From Candidatus Melainabacteria bacterium (lineage in GTDB: Bacteria; Cyanobacteriota; Vampirovibrionia; Vampirovibrionales; Vampirovibrionaceae): DNA of 64,000 nt. Numbering within the stretch: position 1 is the first letter of the stretch; each line of letters starts with the position of its first letter. The position numbers and the translations under genes were made by a program. The notes under the pieces are model-generated. The model worked only from the letters and a program-made list of their open reading frames with translations, was not told where the DNA came from and made no database searches. Shown one piece after another: positions 37,677-46,299 of the stretch. The stretch covers positions 56,836 through 120,835 of the forward strand of contig JBFWUP010000007.1 in assembly GCA_050247195.1 (NCBI GenBank), written 5' to 3'.

Positions 37677-38414
37677 CTAGTGTGAAGCCGCCATCTCATC
37701 GTGGAACAGGCGGATACTGGTCCCCGTCACGCCGGGCAGTTCATTGACGCGGTGAGAAATGGTGTGAATGCTCACCAGCTTGTTGTGTACGTCAATCAGG
37801 TAACTCAGCTGCGTGGGATGGTGGGCGTCTCCCTGCGTGGATTTGATGTCGACAATGTTGTCGCCGTATTCTTTTTCCAGCCAGTTTTTGGCTTCCGTCT
37901 GATGCTCCGTCGCCACATTGAGCTGGATACGCATTTTTGAAAACTTCTTAATGTGTTTTTCAAACACCGAGCGTTCAAACTTGCCGATAAAAAACAGCAC
38001 AAGAAACGCAAATACCGTGGCCATAATGGACAGGGCGTAATGGCCGATCCCCACCAGCATCCCCACACTGGCCATCATCCACAAGCTGGCCGCCGTGGTG
38101 AGACCCCGCACAGAGGCGCCATGACGCAGCACCGCCCCGCCACCGATAAAACCGATCCCGGTCACAATCTGCGCGGCAATCCGCGCCGGGTCGCGGGCGA
38201 TGTTAATCATATGCGTGGTGGCGTTCACGGCCATCAGCTCACTGCTCATATCCGAAATGGACACCAGCGTGAACACCGTGGCGCCGAGACACACCAGAAT
38301 ATGCGTGCGCAGACCAGCCGACTGCCGGTTGTATTCGCGTTCAAAACCCACAATGGAGCCCAGAATCAGCGACAGGGCGAGTCTCAGTGTGGCCTCAATC
38401 AGATGGGTTTCCAT
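37677..38414 (-). CDS. mgtC: MgtC/SapB family membrane protein
   Basis: N-terminus …LRLALSLILGSIVGFEREYNRQSAGLRTHILVCLGATVF… is the canonical MgtC signature. Confidence 0.8.
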   Translation of the reverse strand: METHLIEATLRLALSLILGSIVGFEREYNRQSAGLRTHILVCLGATVFTLVSISDMSSELMAVNATTHMINIARDPARIAAQIVTGIGFIGGGAVLRHGASVRGLTTAASLWMMASVGMLVGIGHYALSIMATVFAFLVLFFIGKFERSVFEKHIKKFSKMRIQLNVATEHQTEAKNWLEKEYGDNIVDIKSTQGDAHHPTQLSYLIDVHNKLVSIHTISHRVNELPGVTGTSIRLFHDEMAASH

Positions 38415-38452
38415 AGACTCATTGTATCAGTAGACGACACCGGGCAGTGCAA

Positions 38453-40147
38453 TCAGCCCTGAAAATACCCGTTGATCAGCTGATTCATCCGGTTGGCCAT
38501 CTGGCGGTTGCGCCTGGCGACCATACTGAAAACGGGATTGTCAAAATCGGCGGAGACAGCAGCAATCGGCTCAGGCGCCAGCGCCACGGGGGCGGGCGTC
38601 ATCGCCTGCGGGGCAGCCTCTGCAGCCGGAGCCGGCTGGCTGACGGGCGCTGACTTTACGGGCGCCACCCGGAATACCGTATCACCGGGGCGAATAAAGC
38701 CCTGAGACTGTGTCCTGATGATTTCAGGTTCAGGCGCAACCACTGCAGGTTGTGGGGTTGGCGGTTCAGTGGCGGCAGGCACCAGAGAAACCTGGGTGTA
38801 CGACTCGGAGGTCAGTTTCACGCCATCGTGCAGGCTTTCCAGACGCACCGGTTCAGCCTTGATTTTCAGGGCTTCACCTTTCATCAGTGCGGTCAGTTCT
38901 TCACGGATTTTCGGCTGAATCGCCTCAATGGCCTGTTGAATCTGCTGCTTCATCACCACCATGTCTGTGGCGATGGAAGACTTGATGGTGGACACGGTTT
39001 CGCGCAGGGCCGCGTGGTCACCCTGGTATTTGGCGATCACTTCATTGATCGCCTCGGACTGCTTGCGGAAGATTTCCAGCTGAAACTGTTGTTGTTCGCC
39101 TTTAAACTGTTCCAGGCGGTCTGCCTGTTTCTGCTGACGGGCGTCCATGTCGTCAATATTTTTGCGGATGCGTTGCATCACCAGCCGGTGACCGGGCTTC
39201 AGATCCCGGGATTCCGGCATGTCGGTGGCCGCTTCCTCCAGATACTGATCAAAATACTCAGCCACCACCGAATCAATCTGAGTCCGGATGGCGTGAATAT
39301 CCTGCTGAACAGTTTTCTGGCAGCGGTCAACCTGCTTCTGGGTGTCGCACTGTACGCGGAACACTTCATCCTGAAAGGTCTGCTGAACATTTTCCAGCAG
39401 ATCCTGCTGCTGTTCGCCCAGACGGCGGACATCCGTCCGCAGGGTGTCAATCTCATTGTGCAGCTGGTTCACAGCCCGCTGGGTGTGCGACTGCAGATCC
39501 GTGATCTGATCTTCAAGACGCTTGCGGAAACGATCCAGAATCCGGTCATAGGCCAGCGTGTCGGGACGGCCGGCGGTATCCAGACCGGCAACCGGGGTGA
39601 ACGCAGAGTCCTGCGAACCCTGATACTCCCAGCGGACGCGTTCGCGCGGGGGCATGGGCTTGCCGGAGGGTACCGACTGATCACGACGCACGGGGATACT
39701 CATAAAGCGTTCAACAGGCTTTCGTGGCGTTTTACGCCGCTGTGCCTCGGGGCGGGCGCTTTTAGCAGAAGGCGGCCGGTGCCAGGTATGTTTCAGGCGG
39801 TGCTTCACCTGCTCCAGCTGATCTTCGGCTTCCGTCAGCTGATGATCCAGCGCTTTCTGGTATTGGGTTGATCTGTCATCAAACAGACGCGACGCCGCTT
39901 CATCAATCACCTGGGTGACGCGGTTGGGACGCAGCATGCCCACCAGCCGGCTGAACGGCAGGTGATCCGTGGCGTCCTCCTGATAAAAAGACAGCGAAGG
40001 ACCCCGCACGGCATCCAGTATCGCTTCCGATTCGGCGTCATAGGAAGGCTTCACCGCGTAGAAATCATCCACACCCACCGTTGGCAGGGGGGCATGTCCT
40101 GGAGAAGTCTCATTGACCGGTGGGTTGGTATCAAACGGCATACCCAC
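38453..40147 (-). CDS. hypothetical coiled-coil protein with a Pro/Ala-rich C-terminus
   Basis: 564 aa; long Q/E/R-rich heptad regions; C-terminus …PAPAAEAAPQAMTPAPVALAPEP…. Confidence 0.6.
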   Translation of the reverse strand: MGMPFDTNPPVNETSPGHAPLPTVGVDDFYAVKPSYDAESEAILDAVRGPSLSFYQEDATDHLPFSRLVGMLRPNRVTQVIDEAASRLFDDRSTQYQKALDHQLTEAEDQLEQVKHRLKHTWHRPPSAKSARPEAQRRKTPRKPVERFMSIPVRRDQSVPSGKPMPPRERVRWEYQGSQDSAFTPVAGLDTAGRPDTLAYDRILDRFRKRLEDQITDLQSHTQRAVNQLHNEIDTLRTDVRRLGEQQQDLLENVQQTFQDEVFRVQCDTQKQVDRCQKTVQQDIHAIRTQIDSVVAEYFDQYLEEAATDMPESRDLKPGHRLVMQRIRKNIDDMDARQQKQADRLEQFKGEQQQFQLEIFRKQSEAINEVIAKYQGDHAALRETVSTIKSSIATDMVVMKQQIQQAIEAIQPKIREELTALMKGEALKIKAEPVRLESLHDGVKLTSESYTQVSLVPAATEPPTPQPAVVAPEPEIIRTQSQGFIRPGDTVFRVAPVKSAPVSQPAPAAEAAPQAMTPAPVALAPEPIAAVSADFDNPVFSMVARRNRQMANRMNQLINGYFQG

Positions 40148-40607
40148 AACCTACTCTCATTACTCAAACCTTTGGCTTCGACAGGACAATGGAGATTCCT
40201 GCTGAACCCACTCCGCTATTCTAGGTTTTGTGTGGGAGACCGTCCATCATCCATCCGCCCGATTCATGGGCCTGCCCCTCGGCAGTTTGGAGGAGCCTGA
40301 GGCGCAGGAAGCCCCCGAAATGGCTTTTCCGGGCGGGCACATCGGCCGTTTCACCGCCTCCGGCGCCACCCGCAGTCTCCATTGAGCGACGGAGGACGTA
40401 AAAATTATTTTTTTTCGTATTCAGGCTTATTCCCCTGGAGGTAATGGGCCCGCCACAGGCCCTATGCAAACAGAGACAGGTCATACAGCCCCATTCAGAG
40501 GGCGTTCACACCTGTTGTGATCGCTACAGAAGCCGGTATGCCTTGATTCTTGCCGGGGGTCAGCTCAGGGAAATCCAGGCCAGGCAAGGAAATTTTGAAA
40601 TTTCTTC

Positions 40608-40635
40608 TTGATCCCTGGGAACATTCCGGTAAAAT
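40608..40635 (+). promoter_or_regulatory. sigma-70-like promoter candidate upstream of speH
   Basis: -35 TTGATC, 16-nt spacer, -10 TAAAAT; about 145-nt leader to the speH start. Confidence 0.35.
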
Positions 40636-40779
40636 TTAGATTCATTTTAACTCACAGGCCTCTCCCCCGGACTTCTCAAAAGAATGACCTCGTGAAGAGA
40701 CAGACTCGTAAAGATGACCAAAGGATAGCTTGAGTGATTCCGTTTTACCGACTCGCAACATAGAAAGGGAACACCCGAA

Positions 40780-41304
40780 TTGAACGAACACGCACCTGTT
40801 TTCAACTTGGGTCGACATCTACTCGCCGAATTTTACGAGTGTAACGCGAATATCCTCAACAGCGTGGAACGCATTGAAGACGCCATGAAGGAAGCCGCCA
40901 TCGCATGCGGCGCCACCATCGTGGAGTCCAAATTCCACCACTTCAGCCCGTACGGGGTGAGTGGCGTGGTGATTATCTCTGAGAGTCACCTGGCCATCCA
41001 CACCTGGCCGGAGTACGAGTACGCCGCCGTGGATCTCTTTACCTGCGGCGAGTCGTGCGATCCGCATATCGCCTACGAGCACCTGCAGAAGAGCCTGCGT
41101 TCCGGCAACGGCTTCTACTCGGAGCTGACGCGCGGTCTGCTGAACAACCGTACGGGTGAGCTGGTTCACACGCCCTTTGTGGTGCAGGCGCACCACGAGT
41201 CGGACCGTTCCGGCTCGGTGCACCCAATCCGCTTTAACGAGCAGCCCGGCCAGCCCCACGTGGTCAAGGCCCTGAACGTCAAAGGAGGGAAAGCCCATGT
41301 CTAG
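40780..41304 (+). CDS. speH: S-adenosylmethionine decarboxylase proenzyme, class 1b (pyruvoyl-dependent)
   Basis: [12 protein letters not shown]…[35 protein letters not shown]…[10 protein letters not shown] closely matches Thermotoga/Bacillus SpeH; E-S self-cleavage site present; TTG start with SD AAAGGGA. Confidence 0.85.
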   Translation: MNEHAPVFNLGRHLLAEFYECNANILNSVERIEDAMKEAAIACGATIVESKFHHFSPYGVSGVVIISESHLAIHTWPEYEYAAVDLFTCGESCDPHIAYEHLQKSLRSGNGFYSELTRGLLNNRTGELVHTPFVVQAHHESDRSGSVHPIRFNEQPGQPHVVKALNVKGGKAHV

Positions 41305-41746
41305 CCTGATGACTGCCGACGCCAACGCGATGAACGAGTTTGGCCCGCACCTGATGCTGGACTGCAAACAGTGCGATCCCGACAAGATCAGCGACGTGGA
41401 GTATGTCTTTAACTTCCTCAACGACCTGCCGGAAACCATTGGGATGACGAAAATCACCCAACCCTATGTGTTTCCCTACAGCGGGCTGGTGCCGGAGGAC
41501 AAAGGCATTACCGGCGTGGTGATTATTGCCGAGTCGCACCTGACCTTCCACTCTTTTACGGACAAGGACTACTTCTTCTTTGACCTGTTCAGCTGCAAGC
41601 CCTTTGATGTGGACCTGGTTGAACAGTACGTGGTGAAGAAGTTCAACGTGAAGAGCGTGGAACGGCACCAGGCGATGCGCGGCCGGGATTTCCCCCGCAG
41701 CGTGATTGCCACCCCGCCGGCCAAAAAGCTCGCGGTGGTCCACTAG
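41297..41746 (+). CDS. divergent SpeH-family pyruvoyl enzyme paralog (candidate arginine/ornithine decarboxylase)
   Basis: …[35 protein letters not shown]… retains the ESH pyruvoyl-forming site but the substrate region has diverged; ATG overlaps the speH stop; strong SD AAAGGAGGG. Confidence 0.65.
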   Translation: MSSLMTADANAMNEFGPHLMLDCKQCDPDKISDVEYVFNFLNDLPETIGMTKITQPYVFPYSGLVPEDKGITGVVIIAESHLTFHSFTDKDYFFFDLFSCKPFDVDLVEQYVVKKFNVKSVERHQAMRGRDFPRSVIATPPAKKLAVVH

Positions 41747-41812
41747 CCCCGTTCATTCCCCGTTTCCAGGCCCCCTTGCCCCACCCGGTGAGGGGGTTTT
41801 GGTTTAGGAACT

Positions 41813-42075
41813 GCTCCCCCTCCCCTTGCAGGGGAGGGGGCTGGGGGGAGAGGTCAGCGCTCTCAGAGACGCTCGCAGTAAACCTCAACCGACCCACCTG
41901 CGGCGGGGCCACCCTCTCCTTCCCAGGAGAGGGATCGAAGAAACTCATACTCCCCCTCTCCTCTTGGAGGAGAGGGGGCCGGGGGGTGAGGTCAGCGCTC
42001 TCGAAGATGCTCGCAGTAAACCTCACCCGACCCCGCCTGCGGCGGGGCCACCCTCTCCTTCCCAGGAGAGGGATC
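41813..42075. repeat. two tandem ~125-bp composite REP-like elements (copies at 41813-41936 and 41951-42075)
   Basis: Each unit is a GC palindrome (CCCCCTCCCC..GGGGAGGGGG), a ~70-bp core (GGTCAGCGCTCTCAGAGACGCTCGCAGTAAACCTCA…CCTGCGGCGGGGCCAC) and the palindrome CCCTCTCCTTCCCAGGAGAGGG; the two copies are about 93% identical. Confidence 0.6.
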
Positions 42076-42398
42076 TGACCGTTCAGCTTATCGATCAGCC
42101 CGTTCTTCCTGATCACGGCGGGCCACATAAGCTCGGTGCGCTTTAGGGTCATTCCACCGGACACCCGGTATTACCCTTCTTCTAACAGCATCACCGTTGT
42201 GCAAAGCCGTGGAAAGTATCTGATGCGAAGTCAGCCCACAATACGTTCTCGGTAAATACTCAAATGACATCAATTATTAGCCTTGAAAATCAGACAAAAA
42301 ACCAATCTAAATCAAATTAAACTTCTGGACGAGCCTTTGTTACAACTGTTTTTCTGGTACCCTGTCTCCACTGTTGATCCACAAGGAGGCAGGCTGCG

Positions 42399-43253
42399 AT
42401 GGATTTGTGGCTGACCGAAACCCACCCGAAAAACTTCAGCATCGGCTTTAAGGTCAAAGAGACCCTGTATTCCGAGGCCTCCGAGTTTCAGCAGGTGGAC
42501 ATTGTGGACACCGAGTTTTACGGCCGCATGCTCCTGCTGGACGGCAAGGTGATGACCACTGAGAAGGACGAGTTCATCTACCACGAGATGATCAGCCACA
42601 TACCCATGCTGGCCCACCCCAACCCAAAACAGGTGCTGGTGGTCGGTGGTGGCGACGGCGGCACCGTCCGCGAAGTCCTGAAACACCCCAGCGTGGAGCG
42701 TGTGGTGCTGGCTGAAATTGACGGCCTGGTGATTGACTCCTGCCGCAAGTACCTGCCCAGCATTGCCGGCCAGCTCGGCGATCCGCGCGTGGATATTCAG
42801 GTGGGCGATGGCGCCGCCTTCATCCAGCAACACACGGATCACTTTGATGTGATCCTGATTGATTCCACTGACCCTGTGGGCCCGGGAGAACGCCTGTTCA
42901 ACACGGCGTTCTACCAGAACGTTTACAAAGCGCTGAAAGACAACGGCGTGATGGCCGCCCAATCGGAATCCCCCATCGCTTTCAGCGAGGAAGTCACCCA
43001 CCTTTACCGCATTCTTTCCGGCGTCTTCCCCATCGTATCGCCCTACACGGCCACCATTCCCACCTACCCGGGCGCCCAGTGGCTGTGGATGTTCGCCGCC
43101 AAAACCAAGGGCCCGCTGGAAGGTATTAATACGGAAGTGGCCGCCGAACTGGAGAAAACCACGCTGTATTACAACCAGCAGGTGCACCGCGCCGTGTTCG
43201 CCCTGCCCAACTACGCCCGTAAGCTCCTCACCAAGGAAGGCGTGCCATGCTGA
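42399..43253 (+). CDS. speE: spermidine synthase
   Basis: …VLVVGGGDGGTVREVLKH…ILIDSTDPVGPGE…; PABS family. Confidence 0.9.
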   Translation: MDLWLTETHPKNFSIGFKVKETLYSEASEFQQVDIVDTEFYGRMLLLDGKVMTTEKDEFIYHEMISHIPMLAHPNPKQVLVVGGGDGGTVREVLKHPSVERVVLAEIDGLVIDSCRKYLPSIAGQLGDPRVDIQVGDGAAFIQQHTDHFDVILIDSTDPVGPGERLFNTAFYQNVYKALKDNGVMAAQSESPIAFSEEVTHLYRILSGVFPIVSPYTATIPTYPGAQWLWMFAAKTKGPLEGINTEVAAELEKTTLYYNQQVHRAVFALPNYARKLLTKEGVPC

Positions 43254-44125
43254 GGGGCCCACTGAAACCGCTCACCTGGATGGGCGCCACGGATTCCTTC
43301 CACAGGGCGGACTGGGTCATTGTCGGCATCCCTTACGACGGCACCACGAGCTTCCGGCCCGGCACGCGCTTCGGCCCGCAGGCCATCCGCGCGATGAGCT
43401 GGGGCATTGAGACCTACTCGCCTTCTGCCGACGCCACCCTGGACAATGTGGCCTATTACGATGCCGGGGATCTGGAACTGCCGTTTGGCAACCGCAGTAA
43501 AACGCTGGATATCATCCGCCACAACGCCAAAGACTGCCTGCTGCAGGGCAAAAAATGGCTGGGCCTGGGCGGGGAGCACCTGGTAACCTACCCAGTGATA
43601 CAGAGCTATATTGAGCAGTACCCCGATCTGGGCATTCTGCATTTTGACGCCCATGCCGACCTGCGCGATGAATTTATGGACGAGAAATATTCCCACGCCA
43701 CCGTCATGCGGCGCGTCGTGGATCTGCTGGATGAAAAATCGGCCGGCAACGGGCACACGCGCCTCGTTCAGGTGGGCATCCGCAGCGGGACGGAAGACGA
43801 GTTTGACTGGATGCACAAGAACGGCACCCTGATCCGCAAAAAGGACGACCTGGCCACCGCGCTGCAGAAACTGAAGGGTCGCCCGGTTTTCCTCACCATT
43901 GATCTTGACGTGCTGGATCCGAGCGTGATGAGCGGCACCGGTACGCCGGAGCCGGGCGGCATGCGCTTTAAGTCCCTCATTCACTGGCTGCACGCTTTCA
44001 GCGAACTCAACTTTGTGGGCGCCGATGTGGTGGAGCTTGCCCCGGATTACGATCCAACCGGCGTGTCCACGATGGTCGCCGCCAAGGTCGTGCGGGAAAT
44101 CATGCTGCTGAACCCGGCCAGCTGA
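43247..44125 (+). CDS. speB: agmatinase (ureohydrolase family)
   Basis: Arginase-fold metal ligands (…HFDAHADL…, …DLDVLDPS…, SGTGTPEPGG); overlaps the speE stop. Confidence 0.85.
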   Translation: MLRGPLKPLTWMGATDSFHRADWVIVGIPYDGTTSFRPGTRFGPQAIRAMSWGIETYSPSADATLDNVAYYDAGDLELPFGNRSKTLDIIRHNAKDCLLQGKKWLGLGGEHLVTYPVIQSYIEQYPDLGILHFDAHADLRDEFMDEKYSHATVMRRVVDLLDEKSAGNGHTRLVQVGIRSGTEDEFDWMHKNGTLIRKKDDLATALQKLKGRPVFLTIDLDVLDPSVMSGTGTPEPGGMRFKSLIHWLHAFSELNFVGADVVELAPDYDPTGVSTMVAAKVVREIMLLNPAS

Positions 44126-44488
44126 TTACTCCCGCTGGGTGTAGGTGTCCATCACCTGTTCGGCGGTGCCATAGCGACGCAGCAGGAGCCAGTAAAACAG
44201 CTGCCGCTGAAACCGGTGGCAGTCTGCCACATCCAGCCAGGCAGCCTCGTCAATCAGGTCATCGTGGGGCTCTATCCGGCAGTCGGTAATGTCGTCCACC
44301 GCCAGCCAGACATCCAGGCTGCAGATAAACATGAGCTGATGCCATGCGATGCCCCGGGTGCCGGCACGCCGCCCCGGCCGGCTGGCGGAAGGCAGGGCAG
44401 GATAGGCAAAATCATCCGCCTTATCAAGCGGATCGGGCTGATCGGGCATGGAAGAATCCCCTGCACAGTGGCATGCAGCTGAGGGCAT
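44126..44488 (-). CDS. hypothetical protein
   Basis: 120-aa ORF convergent with speB; weak support. Confidence 0.35.
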   Translation of the reverse strand: MPSAACHCAGDSSMPDQPDPLDKADDFAYPALPSASRPGRRAGTRGIAWHQLMFICSLDVWLAVDDITDCRIEPHDDLIDEAAWLDVADCHRFQRQLFYWLLLRRYGTAEQVMDTYTQRE

Positions 44489-44593
44489 CGGTCAGAGAGG
44501 TTTTGAAATCAGCAGATTGCGGGTGGGGGACCTGCTGATAGTCTTATTGTGCCATTGTTCCCCCGGCCTCCGCCTCCTCCGGAATCAGCATGT

Positions 44594-45196
44594 TCAGTCC
44601 GGATCAGGAACATTATCCGCAGTATCCCGAACCGTACCCCACTTCGTCACCGCGTCACTCACCACACCCTCCCAGTCGCACCAGGCCGACGTGGCCTTGG
44701 TGAAATCCGCGCCACTGAGAATAGCGCCGGTAAACACGGCGTCGGTCAGGCTGGCCTGTTTAAACACGGCCCGGCTCAGGTCGGCATCCTCAAAACGGGT
44801 GGCATTCAGGGTCGCTCCGGTCAGTTGAGCCTCCTCCATGGAGGCGCTGCTGAAGTTGGTCTGCGTCAGGTCGCAGTACATCAGCTCGGCCTCATCCAGC
44901 TGGGCCATATAAAACTCCGTCTCCCGGCAGCTGGCGCGGTTCAGCTGCGCCATAATCAGGCAGGCTTCGGCCAGGTAGGCGAAATCAAACACGCAGTTGT
45001 GCAGGTTGCAATTGCTCAGGTTAATGCCGGTCATATCCTTGCCGGTAAAATCCAGGTCGCTCATGTCCAGTGGATCGTAGAACGTGGCGCGGCGGTACTC
45101 ATTAAAAGTCTCCACGCCCCCCGGGGCAATGATGGCCTCAAAGAGCTGTTCCTTCGTGGGGCGGGCGGGTTGTGTGGCGGCTGTCATAGGCGTCAT
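44594..45196 (-). CDS. pentapeptide-repeat protein
   Basis: Tandem A(D/N)LxX quintets (…CNLHNCVFDFAYLAEACLIMAQLNRASCRETEF…ADLSRAVFKQASLTDAVFTGAILSGADF…). Confidence 0.7.
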   Translation of the reverse strand: MTPMTAATQPARPTKEQLFEAIIAPGGVETFNEYRRATFYDPLDMSDLDFTGKDMTGINLSNCNLHNCVFDFAYLAEACLIMAQLNRASCRETEFYMAQLDEAELMYCDLTQTNFSSASMEEAQLTGATLNATRFEDADLSRAVFKQASLTDAVFTGAILSGADFTKATSAWCDWEGVVSDAVTKWGTVRDTADNVPDPD

Positions 45197-45266
45197 TCAA
45201 GCCAAAACGCACCGGCTTTGCAAGTCCGCGCGACCCTCATCGCCAAAAGAGACCTCTCCCCCCAAC

Positions 45267-45293
45267 CCTCCTCCCCTTGTCGGGAGGGGGAGG
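45267..45293. repeat. REP-like GC palindrome (CCCTCCTCCCC-TTGTC-GGGAGGGGGAGG)
   Basis: Intergenic hairpin of the same G/C-arm family. Confidence 0.4.
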
Positions 45294-45391
45294 CCGAATT
45301 CTTAAACCTTTGCTAAAGACCGGGTAGTAAGGGTCTGCCGGGGGTATAATGGGGCCAGAATCAGCGTGAACCCTATGAGGAGCACACCACC

Positions 45392-46150
45392 ATGCGCACC
45401 AGCAACCCCGCTCTCAGCGACAAAGCCTTCGCCCAGACCGATGTCATCCGACGCACGGGCGGCCCGATTACCGGCGATACCGGCGCCATGACCGTCAAGG
45501 GCACCGTCAACAAAACCGCGCTGATGCTGGGCATTCTCGTGCTGACCGCCGGATGGACCTGGATGCAGGCCATGGCCGGCGTGAATGTCTCCATGTGGCT
45601 GATGTTTGGCGCCATCGGGGGGTTTGTCGTCGCAATGTTCACCATTTTCAAAAAGGACATGGCGCCCATCACGGCGCCTTTGTACGCCGCGCTGGAAGGC
45701 CTCGTCCTTGGCGGCGTTTCGGCGGTGTTTGAGGTTCAGTACCACGGCATCGTCATTCAGGCGGTGGGGCTGACGTTTGGCGTGCTCGCCGCCCTGCTGC
45801 TGGTCTATCAGAGCGGGCTGATTAAAGTCACCGACAATTTCCGCATGGGCCTGCTGGCAGCCACTGGTGGCATTGCCCTGGTCTATCTGGCCTCGTTTGT
45901 AATGGGCTTTTTCGGCATTCACTTTAGTTTCCTCTACGATTCCAGCCCGATGAGCATCGGCATCAGCGTGTTTGTCGTCATCATCGCGGCGCTGAATCTG
46001 GTTCTCGATTTTGATTTTATTGAGCGCGGCGCCGCCCAGGGCGCACCCCGGTATATGGAATGGTACGGCGCCTTCGGTCTGATGGTCACCCTGGTGTGGC
46101 TGTATCTGGAAATCCTGCGGCTGCTGGCCAAAACGCAGCGCCGGAATTAA
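45392..46150 (+). CDS. Bax inhibitor-1 / YccA family inner-membrane protein
   Basis: Seven predicted TM helices; composition typical of the BI-1/YccA (FtsH modulator) family. Confidence 0.75.
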   Translation: MRTSNPALSDKAFAQTDVIRRTGGPITGDTGAMTVKGTVNKTALMLGILVLTAGWTWMQAMAGVNVSMWLMFGAIGGFVVAMFTIFKKDMAPITAPLYAALEGLVLGGVSAVFEVQYHGIVIQAVGLTFGVLAALLLVYQSGLIKVTDNFRMGLLAATGGIALVYLASFVMGFFGIHFSFLYDSSPMSIGISVFVVIIAALNLVLDFDFIERGAAQGAPRYMEWYGAFGLMVTLVWLYLEILRLLAKTQRRN

Positions 46151-46167
46151 GCCCCTCACCCCCCAGC

Positions 46168-46192
46168 CCCCTCCCCCAAGGGGCGAGGGGGA
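46168..46192. repeat. REP-like GC palindrome (CTCCCCC-AAGGGGCGA-GGGGGAG)
   Basis: Immediately after the BI-1 gene stop. Confidence 0.4.
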
Positions 46193-46299
46193 GAAGCCCC
46201 TCCCTGTTGTATCCCCTTTTGTTTGGCGGATAATACTTTCGTTGGGCGTCGCGGACAATAGGGCCGCGGCGGCAACCCCCACCGGAGCCCGTTGACGCA

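Noticed and set aside
41813-42075. Possible CRISPR array from tandem repeats
   Set aside because: There are only two ~125-bp units, far longer than CRISPR repeats, with no unique spacers and no cas genes. They are better explained as tandem REP-like composite elements.
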